DNA of 64,000 bases from Octopus bimaculoides (lineage: Eukaryota): the NCBI RefSeq assembly GCF_001194135.2, contig NC_068983.1, forward strand, positions 126,211,672 to 126,275,671, in the 5' to 3' direction. Of this stretch, positions 10,938-23,915 are shown piece by piece. The translations under genes and the position numbers were made by a program. Position 1 is the first letter of the stretch; each line of letters begins with the position of its first letter. Under the pieces are notes generated by a model that saw only the letters and a list, made by a program, of their open reading frames with translations, did no database searches and was not told where the DNA came from.

Positions 10938-13900
10938 GTCGTCGTCGTTGCCTCCAGAACGTATCCGAGCATTGGATTAGTCAGTTTGCATCCAGTCTCC
11001 TCGGCTGATGTTTGTGCTGTTACTTTCGGCCAAGATTTGTGAAAGATTTGTGGGCAGAACTCTCACAGGATGATCGCTGCAGGTCGAGGATGTTGAAGAC
11101 GCTCCTTTCTTCTCCTCATTCTATTGTCTGTTCTGCTCGAAGAAGCTGGCTCCATGGCGGATAGCACTCCTCCAGGCTGTTCTATCCCTGTCAATCTGTT
11201 CCCATGAGTATGTTAGCCTGAGCCAAAGTCCGTTTGAGTTGGTCTGTAAAACGGAATTTCGGATCTCCTCTGGGTATTGTTCCGATTGCAAGTTCTCCGA
11301 AGAGCATGATCCTTGGGAGACGAAAGGGCTCCAAACGCCGGACGTGACCTCCCCAGCAGAGACAATGGCGAGGAATGGTGGCTTCGACACTTGGTAATGA
11401 GGCGCGGCGAAGAACCTCGTTGCTGGTAACGTGATCTTCCCATTTTATGTTCAGGATTCAGTTGTAGCTTCGATTAATGGAATGATTCAAGTCTCAGAAG
11501 CGTAGAGTAGTGTTGACAGGACAATGGCACGGACGACCATCATCTTTGTTCCGATGGTCAGCGATTTCTTGAAGAATACACGCTGGCTGAGTATGCCGAA
11601 GGCGGAATTGACCGCCCTGATCTGGTTCTCCACACACTTTTCAAACATGGATGTCTTTGAAAGGATTACTTCCAAGGTATGTGAAGTGTTCAACTTCTAA
11701 GAGTTGGCCGTTGATGCTAAGGTTTGTAGGTGGACTGTTCTGGCCCGGTACAGGTTGGGTAAGTGTCTTGGTCTTTAATGTGTTTAACTGAATCCCGTAA
11801 CTCGCGTTGTAAAAATCGACCGTCCTTTGTAGGCCATCTCCGGTGTGGAAAGAACTTGAGATATCCGTTTTGTTGTCCACTTTGTAATGGGCGTTTGGAA
11901 AGGAGTGACATTGTCATCGGCATACTGCATCTCACTGACTGAGATGGCGGAAGTTTTCGTCTTTGTACGGAGAAGTGCGTGAGTGAAGAGTCCGCCGTCC
12001 AAGTGGTGAAAGGCGAGTCTAGTGGGGTTTCGTTGATCTGGCTGCCATGTATAAAGAAAGGCAGGCTGGCGCCATCCTTTCTTAAGACCCCCTGTTACGG
12101 GAACGGATCTGTGAGGGTATTTTGATGGCGCACTCTACCTTGCCGTCGTGGAGGGAGCTGGCCAGGGCAATAAAGTTCTCCGAACGTCCAAACTGGACAA
12201 GGACGGTCCACATTGCACGACGTGAGACCTTGTCAAAGGCCTTCTTTAGGTCCCAGCAGATGAACATTGCAAGTTTTTGTTTTTGGCACTTCTCTGGGAG
12301 TTGAGGGGCACAAAAGATCATGTCGATTGTGCTTCGAGAGGGTAGAATCCACACTGGGACTCAGGGAAGACGACTTCTGCGGGGATGAGGAGGTGATTGA
12401 GTAGGATACAGGCGAAGATCTTACTTGCAACACTCAAGAGTGTGATGCCACGATTGTTATTGTAATCTTCTCGGTCTCCCTTCTTGTAGATGGTGAATTA
12501 TAGTTGCATCGAGGAAGTCATTCAGGGTGGTGTTCTTGCTTTTGGAAATCTTGCGGTTAAGGAGATCAGATATCTCAGTTCAGCATCTCCGTGATTGAAA
12601 AACTCCAGCGGGATGTCATCTGTTTCTGGAGCATTGCTCGGCTTAATTTGCGCAAGTGCCATGTTGAACTTATGGTGTAAGGATGGCAGGGACATCCAAT
12701 GGGGGATGGGGAGCTATGACGTGTTTTCGGGGAAATCGTTAGGAGTGCGTGAGCAGTCGTTAAGTAGGCACTCGAAATGGTACTTCCAGCACTCGAGGAT
12801 TCCCTGAGTGTCGCTTATCGTAGAGCCAGCTGCGTTCATCAGGCCGCCACTAATGACCTTGCGAGGGTGAAGATCTCCTTGGTTGCTGTAAAAAAGCTGA
12901 GCAAATCTCGTTCATCCGTATAGTTTGCATCACCTCTGCTTTCCTCAGCTAATAAATGTTCTGAGCTTCTTCAATTCCTCGCTGGCATTCCGCTCATGCT
13001 TGCCGGTTTTTCCGTTTGTTCTTCGCAGTGGCAGGATTCTGGATGGCTTGGCGCGTCCGGAGATTCGCTTCGATAATACGGGAGTTGGTTTCATCATTCT
13101 CGTCAAACTAATATTGGTCCTTCTTCCGGGCAAAGCCGATCGTCTCCTCGGCGCTGGGACGCGTGTATGGTTCAGCCCAGCAGGTTGTAGAACGAAGCCT
13201 TGACGTCGTCTTCAGATGTAAGAGTTGGGGCATACACAGAGATCAGCGTAAGGAATCTGTCCCGAATAAGTGGGATCTGAACAGTCATCGGGCGCTCACT
13301 GATGGCAGTTGGGACGAATCTGTATTGGTCCATGAGATGCGTTTTGAGGTCAAGGCGAAATACATGGATGCGTGTTTCATTAGGATTCTTCCCCTTCCAA
13401 AAGATGATGTATTTGGAGCCAGCTTCTCTGATCTTGCCTTTTCCAGGAAGACTAGTCTCGCTCTAAGCAGCTATTGAAGCGGTCAAGTTCCTTGCAGACG
13501 AGGCCTGTACGTCGCTCTGGTTGATTAATGTCACTTTTGTTCCAGGCCCCGAAGGTGAGATATTATAATACAGATGATTTAGTAGAGTTCCGCCCGCTAA
13601 ATCGGAGGACCGCCAGCCGTGGTATGCTGGCCAAATCAAGTTGCTGTGCTTGATATTTACTCCAACCTTTTCTTGGGGCTTCCCCTTGAGGGGTGCGCTG
13701 CGGTGATCTTAAAGAGGCCAGCACAATCACGAGTCTAGCTGCCGAACTCCAATGTCAGGGTTATTCATTGTATAGCGACTATCTTAGATACGCCGCCTAT
13801 GTATGGTCATGAATTAGAGGCTTCCAGCTTTGCAGACCTGCTTCCGGCGGCCATACGCACGCTCTTGGCTAGGAACTTCTCCACGGCTGTTCAAGAATCG

Positions 13901-14198
13901 AGACATGCAGTCTTTATGAGACTGGTTGTAGAGAGCTGCCGGAATGTACCCGCCTTTGTCAGGCTTGCCCACCAGGCGTTGCCTTTTTCCGCCAGAGTCA
14001 ATTCTTGGGGGATTGAGAAAGCCTTCCTCCACCGTTGTGGTCTTGATGTTGGTGTTTAGTCACGTTTAGTCTGGGACCTCATACTCGACCTTTTCGCCAT
14101 GGGTGGTCCTACCAGGAATCTAAGACTCAAGACGGTATCGATCTCAGAATCATTGGAACAAACAAACTCTTCTACCACGACAAAGGACGACCATCGGA

Positions 14199-14200
<2 letters not shown>
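10938..14200 (-). mobile_element. Near full-length RTE-clade LINE (APE endonuclease + RT), about 3.26 kb, disrupted by frameshifts and stops
   Basis: APE: SETSLPGKGKIREAGSKYIIFWKGK, LTLISVYAPTLTS. RT: PSRSTIDMIFC..DLKKAFDKV, SEMQYADD, VVRAIVLSTLLYASET, and C-terminal SWEQIDRDRTAWR. Short (GAC)n 3' tail at 10938 and a 5' UTR to 14200. (TA)n lies on both sides. Confidence 0.95.
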
Positions 14201-14241
<41 letters not shown>

Positions 14242-14423
14242 CTAGAATAACACCCAGTTGTGTAGAATTAATTATGAGAGTCGAAGTAAACAATGCAACG
14301 GGAGGTGTAAAATTGTTAGGAACATTTTATAAGTTTACTGAATTGCTTTCTTTATTGTCATTGCTAAATTATTAGCAGCATAATTTAGCTGTTTACTTCT
14401 GACAAAACCTCCAAAACCTAGCT

Positions 14424-14425
14424 TA

Positions 14426-14481
<56 letters not shown>

Positions 14482-14493
14482 AATCTATATATA

Positions 14494-14542
<49 letters not shown>

Positions 14543-14545
14543 GCC
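14424..14545. repeat. (ATCT)n-(AT)n-(AC)n compound microsatellite
   Basis: Directly visible. Confidence 0.95.
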
Positions 14546-16695
14546 TATATATTTATATCTATGTACATCCCTCTATTTNNNNNNNNNNNNNNNNNNNNNN
14601 NNNNNNNNNNNNNNNNNNNNNNNNNNNNNNNNNNNNNNNNNNNNNNNNNNNNNNNNNNNNNNNNNNATATATATATATATATATATATATATAAATCACA
14701 ACTATTCGCGTTAAATTACCGGGTATGTCCAGAATCATTTAGTCATTGTATCACAAACAATGCTCAAAAGATATCAGCCGTTCATTTTTGTTTTTATTGG
14801 AAGGTATAGCAACTATCGTACTGTGATAACTAATATATGTTCTCATAGCAGTTACGTGCAGCTTGTTTTTAAGTATGGTATAGGAAACCTGTGGCAACTA
14901 TGATAATGTTTGCCACATTTGTGATGTGCTATCATTGCATTCCTATTATCTAGCTCATTGAAATATTCATGTCCATTGTCATCGTCATTTGGAATACACA
15001 TACTGTCTTCATTTGCCAATAACCTTGCGAATAAAGCAAATGATATGCATATTTCTTATTGAGAAGCTACACAGAAAATGACCTTGTTATTTTAAAGGAC
15101 AGCCACATGATAACCTTTTAGCGAAAGGAAGTAATGCATTCATCACGTGACAGAGAAAGCCAGTTTCATTTTCCATTAGAAACAATATTAAAAACACGTA
15201 ATGTAATGGGAAATTGGATGACCAATTTAATATTATAATACTTTGATCAGCAAATAATTATTCCTATACACATGCTGTTTTGAATTGCTGGAGAAAGGAA
15301 AGGAAGACACACGAGTGGATGTTGGGTACAAATTGTTGTAATCCATTAGAATTCGTCAGCTATAATTACTGTTTTTCAAATCTAAACAATAAACAATGTG
15401 TATGATCCGTTAATTATTCTAACATTTAAAGTTATCTAAACTATGTATAGAATCTAGCTCAGTATGTTTACTCATATAAGAATGCACATGTTATTGAGAA
15501 TTTCTTACAGACAAAAGTTAATATTTCGGAATGTGTGTATTTGACAGGAATCCATAACATATATGATAGCATTTATAAATATAGTCAAGCGATTAGATTT
15601 CAGTTGAATGGTTACAGATATTCCATGTAAACACGTATATGGCAGAGGTCTCAGAAATTGTTGTAAGTCTCTGTCAATGAAATACTTGAAAATAAATGTT
15701 AATACTTTTAATTATTATTTAGAGATATTTTTGATGAAATCACTTTTCAAATATCAAATTAGTTTGTTCAATAGGTTGTTCGTTTCTTCTTTTTGTAAAT
15801 GTTCTAGATTCAATATTCGGTGGCTATTACTAGGAATGTATTTTTTTTATAAATATGAACTCAAGTGACAACTATTAATTTCTCTCCGATAGGCCAAGTT
15901 TATTCATTTATAGAAGCTTCAAAGGCAAACTTTTATTCTCTCTATTGTTTGTTTCTAATTTTAAAGATTGAGAAAGGATGTTTAAGAGAGATTCATTTAA
16001 TAAAAACGACTAATCGGTAGGGTAAAGCGAATGAAAAAAAGGACTACTTGACGTCTATAATGACTAACAGATTTCGTTATATGAAACCAATACTTAAAAG
16101 AATCATCTTGCGCATGCGGAGGAAAGTCAAACTTAAATAGCTTGTGCACTTCAGGATTCAGGTATTGTATTGAATGATGACGGATATTAATTTTTCTTTT
16201 CTGTTAATGTAGACGTACGCTTAACAATTTCTTAAAGCTTTCGTACTGTCGAAATTCTAGAAATATGTTTTCTGTAATATCTTACGTTCGAAATTTCTTG
16301 AAAATGCTTAATAGTGGAAAAGGAATGAGATATTGTTGCATCAGCAAAATATAATGATAGTTGTATGTGTCCTGCAACCGTAATCCGTGGTATTGGCAGA
16401 GAGATGTATCTCTGAAATTACTTGTGATCATTTTTATTATTTTTATTATTTTTANNNNNNNNNNTATATATACATATTGCTTGTATTCTACTTCAGTCAC
16501 AGAGCTGGCGTGTTACATTCACGTTATGTTCTATATTCATTATAAACTCACTTTTCAGTTTTTATTGTAAAGAAGAAAATGTTGGCATTTGTATTACGCT
16601 GGCATAGTGATTTTGCCTCATAAATCGACAATATTTTCACCAATATTTATTTCAAACACACGACCAGCAATTTCAGGGGAGACCCAAGTATACAA

Positions 16696-16820
16696 CTGGT
16701 ACTTATTTAATCGACACCGACGGGATGAATGTCAAAGTCGAAATCGACAGGATCTGAAGACGGACGAAATGCCACTGAGCATTTTGCCTGATCTGCTACC
16801 AATTCTGCTGGGACACCGCC
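16696..16820 (-). mobile_element. tRNA-derived SINE family B (Nin-domain-like), decayed
   Basis: aactggtacttatttaatcgac..ggatgaatgtcaaagtcga is the reverse complement of the tcgactttgcctttcatcc..gtcgataaattaagtaccagtt motif seen in the other copies. Confidence 0.75.
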
Positions 16821-16854
16821 GTATTTTTTTCAGTAATGTTGAAAGAAATAAATG

Positions 16855-17000
16855 CGGAGAGCTGACAAAATCGTTTGGACGTCGGGCAAAATGTTTAGCG
16901 TCATTTCGTCTCTCTTTACATTCTGAGTTAAATTTTCGGAGTCGATAAAATTAGTACCAATTCAATACTGAGATCGATATAATCAACATATCCCCTCACC
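16855..17000 (+). mobile_element. SINE family B, internally deleted
   Basis: gagctgacaaaatcgtttggacgtcgggcaaaatgtttagcgtcatttcgtc..ttctgagttaaatt..ggagtcgataaaattagtacca. Confidence 0.75.
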
Positions 17001-17089
17001 CGAACTTTCTGCTTTTGTACCAACATTTTGAAATCAATATTGGTCTCAAATTTTGGCACAAGGCCACCATACCCGGGGGCGGGGTGGGA

Positions 17090-17240
17090 AAAGTCGATTA
17101 CATCAACACCAGTACGTAACTGGTATTTATTTAATCGACTTCAAGAGGATGAAAGGCAAAGTTAACCTCGGTGGAACTTGAACTCACAACGGCAAGGTGG
17201 ACGAAATGCTGCTAAGCATTTTTCCCGGCCGGCTCACCGC
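17090..17240 (-). mobile_element. SINE family B
   Basis: aactggtatttatttaatcgac..ggatgaaaggcaaagttaacctcggtggaacttgaactca..gacgaaatgctgctaagcattttt. Confidence 0.8.
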
Positions 17241-18230
17241 ATTAATTTTGAAATGAATATTAAAAAGTAGAGTTGAGAGAATTATTGGTGGAGTACTTAA
17301 CATTATGAGTGTTTATTTATTTTTTTCATTTGTTTCGAACATCGTTATAATACTTAGAAATCATTCTGAAACTGGTTTAATCTGAAGTTGATGTTAATAT
17401 TCCTGTAATACTAAGGTTGGGCGTACGAGTAATTCTACGGTTGTTAGATTTGCTATTACAGTCAACCTAAGGATTGAAATTATTATATATTTTCTCTGTG
17501 CGCCAGTTGTATCCCAGTTTGCTTTTAGAATTCCTTCAGAACGGAAATGTCTTCGGACATGAAATACATTTCAAGCTGATATTATAAGAGAATAAAAAAC
17601 CTCGACCAATATCCAGGGTATCACACACTATTCAATTAGAATTCGTTGCGGTCAGACTGGGAAACCAATTAAGGATAATTTAAAATCTTTTTAGCGAAAG
17701 GGAAATTAAAAGATAGAAATATATATTTGAAGAAGAATTTTAAAAAATCTGAGAAAATATTACAATGATTTAGAAGTGAAGGGTTGAATAACTTGAAATA
17801 CTTCAGGTGTGTGCGAGTGTGTGTATGCATACAAGCGGGTGTATTTGTGTGTATAGAGATAGAAAATGCGGATGGAAATATACATACATACATACATACA
17901 TGCATACATACATACACATGTGTGTGTGTGCGCGCGCGCGTGTGTATTTACGCAAACGTGAATATCTGCACAAAGATATATGAAGGTGTGTATCAAAAAG
18001 CTGCCATTGATCCTGGTCTAAATTCTGGAGAAGTCAAAATACATTGTATTCTTGTCTTTCAATCTTCATTTTCGTTCACCGCTTCAGGTCGATGGAAACT
18101 GCAATTATGGAGACACCGTTATTGGTTATGTTGTTATTGCTGATATCATATTGATTATGCTCAAGTCGATTTGCGTCCCAATAACTTTGTGCAAGCGTGT
18201 TTATAAGACTACCCATCCATATACATATTC

Positions 18231-18287
<57 letters not shown>

Positions 18288-21229
18288 TTCTGCGTAGGAA
18301 AATCATAACTTCTTACACAATTTGTGTGTGACATATATCATTTGATTATTAAAATTCCTGAAAGCTAGCGAAACAGTTTCCGTCAAAGTTATATGTCTTT
18401 CACCTTCCCAATGTATCTAGGTATTACAACTATAATATTCATATATGGAAACAATCATCTATAAGTATAACATACTTGTAAGACAAGGTTATATACATAA
18501 CCAGAATTATGTATTTAACTTGAAAAGAAAGATTTTCTTCCACTTAAGTGTGGGTTACTTTGGAAGTATAATTTTGTTTGCTCGTTTACCTTATAATTGT
18601 TGTGGGTTATAATCTTCTCTTTGTAAACGTTGGTAATATTAAGGCATATGGCTATTTAATAGCATCCCCAAAATAGGGACAGCCTAACCATATGTTTTCA
18701 GAGCATCATTTCTTAACTCACTGATTATCATTTTGATCTCAAAGTATTACATATTACACTATTGTGTGTAACAAAGCTACGGACAAAAAATAACGTGTGA
18801 ATAAAAATTTAATAAATGGAAGCAGTGCAGAAGAGGATCAGACGGCAAGTTCGTTGTTGGCCGTAGTAATCCGATGTGTAGCACTTGATTGTCTTCCGTG
18901 AAATTTACTAATTTCCCGATATTATGTTGAAACTATCAATCGAAAGACAACGTAAGAAATTCCCTTCTATATCTCAAGGTATTTCGGGGAATATTACAGC
19001 AGTTTCATCTTCTCTCAATCGATTTATAAATATAAAATATCAAAGGAAATAACAATTGGTCGCCTAAATGAATACGTTACCGTCGTTCGTTTCTTTTCAC
19101 AACAGGACGGGCTGAGCTTGCAATCCTAGACGACACATAATTGTAAAATAAAGATCAACTGCTCACATAATGAATGGCAATATACATCTTGGGATATCGT
19201 TCATTATTGGAAAACGAGAAACTCAGCGTGACCGACTCCCTATACGCTTAGAAATATTTTACTTTAAAATGTTATACACAAAAATGAAATATATTGAATG
19301 TCGCCACTTATATTTCTCTAGCGCGTGCACGGAGACTATCTCGAGCGACGTATAAATAATCGTTTTACAAGATTGAAAAACACTGCCGATGAATAGGAAG
19401 TCGCGGATGGCCACCCTAAAATTGAAAATAAACTATTACATCTAAACAGAGTTTGTTGGTAAAAAAGCTCAAACATTTTTTAAGGATAATGCTGAACAAA
19501 GTATATACATATGTGCGAGAAATGACGTTCTTGAAACATATGGACAGTTTAAAATAAATATAATAGTGAACTGTAAATCACTGTGCCGCATGTATCTTAA
19601 TCTATCACTGTATCTTAATCTAACATGTGTTACTTGTTTCACTCAGTAGACTTTCGTCTTGGAGTGATGTAGTTATGAAGGCATCTAAATCTAACAAATC
19701 GACCACGTGGCTTATTTAAAGTTTGGTTGGTATTCTATCGATATCTTTGGGTGGGGGCCGCTATGTTACAGGAATTAAAAAAAATAACAGCGATAGCGAA
19801 GCATTGGTGCTATTAAATCAGAAACAAAAATATCATAGAAACAATTTTCCGCATTAGATTAATGTTGATAAGAAGTGTGCTTAAAATTTCAGGTCAGCAA
19901 TTTTACAGAGAAATGTCTAAAGATCAAGCCCATGGAAGGAGATTGTTCATTTGGATGTGAGTGTTGATTAAAATTGATCGCAGGTAAAATAAGCGATCTA
20001 ATCCTAATCCTACGCGTATCTTTGGCACAATAATGCTGAAGGACATAACACATTGAATGAAATATTCTTTATTTAATTAATTTATTTCCTTTTAAAATTA
20101 TTACCCAAGTTAATTTGCATCTGTAAGTAAACATTTATACTAAAGGAAAATAATTTAAAATTCACTAATTCTTGTTGAGATAAAACAAGTTCAATGACTT
20201 AAATTGTGAATTCATATTGTATTTTGAAACGTTTTCCATTGCATTATATATTTATTTTTTAGCAAAAAACTGGGATAAATGACGCTTCAACAGAAGCCGA
20301 TGGCGGAACCTTTACTAAAAGATTTGAACAGTTTAAATGCCAAAGAAATCTCTATTAAATCATATCCTAACAGTTTAGAATCGTCTTATTGGGAAATGCC
20401 TTTTCTGCACTTAAGAAAAAGGGAAACGGAAAAGATGATGAGAGTGCATTTTGTCATACGCCTCTTCAAATAGAAATGGCTTGGAGCTACGAAACGAAAT
20501 CAACAAAACCTATAGTTCATTGCTGTCAAATATCCGTCACCACATCCTACATATTTTGTCATTGATATACGTCATACCATACTTCTTTAATTACACATTA
20601 ACCAGAAAACCTGGAACAGTAAATATTTTCAATCTCATTCAATCGTTTGTAAGACGGAAACATGGAAATACTAAAATCATTTTAAAAGATAAAATAATTT
20701 TTCGGACTGTAAAATGTATAAGTAACTTCATTTATTGAAAGGTACGCATACGAGACTAATACTGGGCTTACGTGGTATAATTTGCGTTCGTTTCATTTAA
20801 CAGACGCAGTGACAATTTTATGCAAGGAGGTGACATCATTAAATTGTAAAGAAAAAAATTAAGATGTGAAAAACTGTTAAGGTAGACACGGAGGATGGTT
20901 TTTCATTCACAAAGGCGATAAGACATTGTGTTAACCATCAGTCATTACAAGTTAATTAGTAACTGTATTGCAAGTATGAAACAAATAACGAAATACTTTA
21001 TATAATTATTTAACTAAATCAGAATGAAGACAAAAAGAAAAATTAAAAAGATTTGACACTTGATTAATTTCATTAAATGTGTCGTTACTAGTGAGTTTAA
21101 TCTTGATGCGTCACGATAAATACCCGAATACTCAGTGGAATTTTCTTAAGAAGAAAACACTAAATACCCGAAACACAAAACTTATACGATTCGTTAGTCA
21201 AAAAACCGTGTCGCGCAACTGAGAGAATC

Positions 21230-21900
21230 ATATTTGAGATCATGTTCTGAATCTACAGTCTCATAACAGTATAGTAGTGCATAATGCCGTTTCTTATGAT
21301 AAAATTCTGAAAGAACAAAATGCGAAATTTAGTGATATAAGCAGAATTAACTCGTGGTTTTGAAATTAATGATGCGCTAAGAATTATCATAATTCAAGTG
21401 ATGAGGTTCCACTGAAAAATGTGGATGTTTTCTGTATATGAAATGCTCACAGTTTTAAGGAAAATTCAGAATTAATTGCAAATAGTAAAAGTAAATGCTT
21501 TCCTCATTTATTGCATTATTCACGTTGAACACATGGCAACCAGATACTTCACATTTGAAATGTCTTCGAAAATGTGCAGTTGAAATTGCAAATTGTGTTC
21601 ATAGAAATGGAAAGATGCAATTTTCACAAATGTTATTGAAGAACAATTATTGAAGATACTCACAGTGGTGCCGTTTCTATTATTTAGTGACGTCATCTCT
21701 AGCTAACGAGCATCCTTTGCAGAAAGTTCGTGTATATGTTTGAACCCATTTTAACATGCCTTAGCAAATGATAATGGAACATAATATAATATTCAGTGGA
21801 ATGAGTTAAATAGGAGATAATTGCTGTTATAATGAATCATTTAGAAATACTTAGTACTCCATAAAAAGCGGATTCTTAGTTTGCATATGCACATGTCTTA
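21230..21900 (+). mobile_element. Highly decayed hAT (Charlie/Buster-like) transposase remnant
   Basis: IYCIIHVEHMAT at about 21506-21541 matches the hAT CxxH motif (HCIIHREHLA), followed by AVEIANCV and a degraded EVRWLS-like segment. Many stops and frameshifts. Confidence 0.45.
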
Positions 21901-22389
21901 TAAATTAATCCTCATGTGATTATAATCAATGATGATAATCGACTAAATTTACAAAAATATGCTACGTAAAAATAGAAACTAGTTAACTCACAGGAGTGTC
22001 TGTGTATATACATGTCAAATCACAATTTACAATAATATTCTTGAAGACGCACCACAAATACAATTTTCCGACTTGAATAAACAATTGAATGATCCATTCC
22101 AAATTCGTGGTATTCACTTGGGAATTTATGCAAACAAAGCATTGTACAATTCTTACACCTAACGACTAACAGAATCACTCTGTGCAACTTCGTTAAATAT
22201 TGCTTGATTTTTAATGAAATACTGTCTGAATACGATCCTATAAACCTATACTACTTGTCAATTGGAGTCAAAATAATCGGATGAATAGTACTCTTGCCTA
22301 TTTGCTATAAATATAAAATGACAAAGCACAATCATCCGATTAAAATAAGGAAGGCACAAGCATAGACAGCCAATCAAAAATTAAAGATG

Positions 22390-22840
22390 TTAAAAGACTA
22401 AATTGTCGAAGCAAAAACAAAATCAAGTCGTTCATTGTAACTGTCGAATCAGTGATATTTATCTGTCAGTGAAACATGGACACTGGCAATGGAATCTATC
22501 AAATGGGCTACATGGATGCTACAAAAGGATACGACGAATGACCCTAAATGTGAAATGGGAACAACATACGAAAAATGACTGCTTTTATGAAAACCTACCG
22601 AAAGTTAGCGACAAGATCAATCAAAGACGGCTGCGACTATCTGATCACTGAGTACGCCACTCTGAACTGGACGAATCGAAATTAGCGTTGTGGAATCAAG
22701 ATCCTGACCTAAGAAGAGAAAAATCGTCGTCACTCTTACATCGATTACTTGATTGTAGACACTGGTCTGGAATGTATCCATGATCTCAAGGCTGTCATGA
22801 TGGACAGAGATGTTTTGCGGGTATTACTAGAAATAAGAGG
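22390..22840 (+). mobile_element. RTE/RTEX-like LINE 3' fragment
   Basis: SETWTL, LHGCYKRIRRMTLNVKWEQHTKND..YENLPKVSDKINQRRLRLSDH, YIDYLIVDTGL, MMDRDV: the C-terminal signature of RTE-clade ORFs. Confidence 0.8.
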
Positions 22841-22917
22841 CAAAACAACTCAATAGCTACTGAAAGCACTATGTTAATGACTGGCAAGGGAGGCAAGCTA
22901 CCTACAGTAGCAGATAT

Positions 22918-22977
22918 AGCCAGATCATCGATGATTTCGCACTTTATTGCTTACGCATCTTCATGTTCATCAGTGCT
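22918..22977 (-). ncRNA. Candidate minimal type I hammerhead ribozyme, intact core, AUC cleavage site
   Basis: Minus strand: AGCA-CTGATGA-(ACAT..TGC GTAA GCA..GTGC)-GAAA, a perfect 12-nt palindrome ATCATCGATGAT, then C17 and TGGCT. Stems I and II are imperfect. Confidence 0.55.
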
Positions 22978-23654
22978 TTCTCTGGCTATTTCTAGCATGC
23001 TGATGCTGATGAGTGCCCATTGCCACTTTAATGACGTATATAGTTCTGCCTTTAGGTGGTACTTTTCGTAATGAGATACAAAAAACCAAGGCTGTGTACA
23101 TTATGGAACATTTATAAATAAAGACGGTCTTACAGCTGTTTCCAGGATATTTATTATATCCCTTCATCGGAGACGGTGTTAGGTAATGGTTAAGCAATAT
23201 ATATATATATATATATATATGTAGGTATACATATATATATATATATANNNNNNNNNNNNNNNNNNNNNNNNNNNNNNNNNNNNNNNNNNNNNNNNNNNNN
23301 NNNNNNNNNNNNNNNNNNNNNNNNNNNNNNNNNNNNNNNNNNNNNNNNNNNNNNNNNNNNNNNNNNNNNNNNNNNNNNNNNNNNNNNNNNNNNNNNNNNN
23401 NNNNNNNNNNNNNNNNNNNNNNNNNNNNNNNNNNNNNNNNNNNNNNNNNNNNNNNNNNNNNNNNNNNNNNNNNNNNNNNNNNNNNNNNNNNNNNNNNNNN
23501 NNNNNNNNNNNNNNNNNNNNNNNNNNNNNNNNNNNNNNNNNNNNNNNNNNNNNNNNNNNNNNNNNNNNNNNNNNNNNNNNNNNNNNNNNNNNNNNNNNNN
23601 NNNNNNNNGAAGAATTACTTTTAACTGAATTTATATATTTATAATCCTGGCACT

Positions 23655-23915
23655 GATTCTATCGATCGCTGAATCATTAAGCGACGGGAACATACAAACA
23701 GCAACACCAGTCGTCAAGAGGCGAGAGAGGACACACAGACACACACACACACTCATAATTAGATGAAAGATTTATTTTCCTTTCTCTCTACCAAATTCAC
23801 TCAAGTCTTTAATCGACTGGAGGCTGTAGTAGTAGACACTTGCCCAAGGTGGCACGCTGTGGGACTGATCCCGAAACCATGTGGTTAGGAAGCAAACGTC
23901 TTACCTGACAGTCAC
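23655..23915 (-). mobile_element. SINE family A, decayed
   Basis: gtagtagacacttgcccaaggtggcacgctgtgggactgatcccgaaaccatgtggttaggaagcaaac, plus the 3' block caacaccagtcgtcaag. Confidence 0.8.

Noticed and set aside
16754-16770. CTGAAGACGGACGAAA
   Set aside because: No stem II pairing; it is part of an antisense SINE-B copy.
23006-23030. Plus-strand CTGATGA-GTG..CAC
   Set aside because: No GAAA after the stem.
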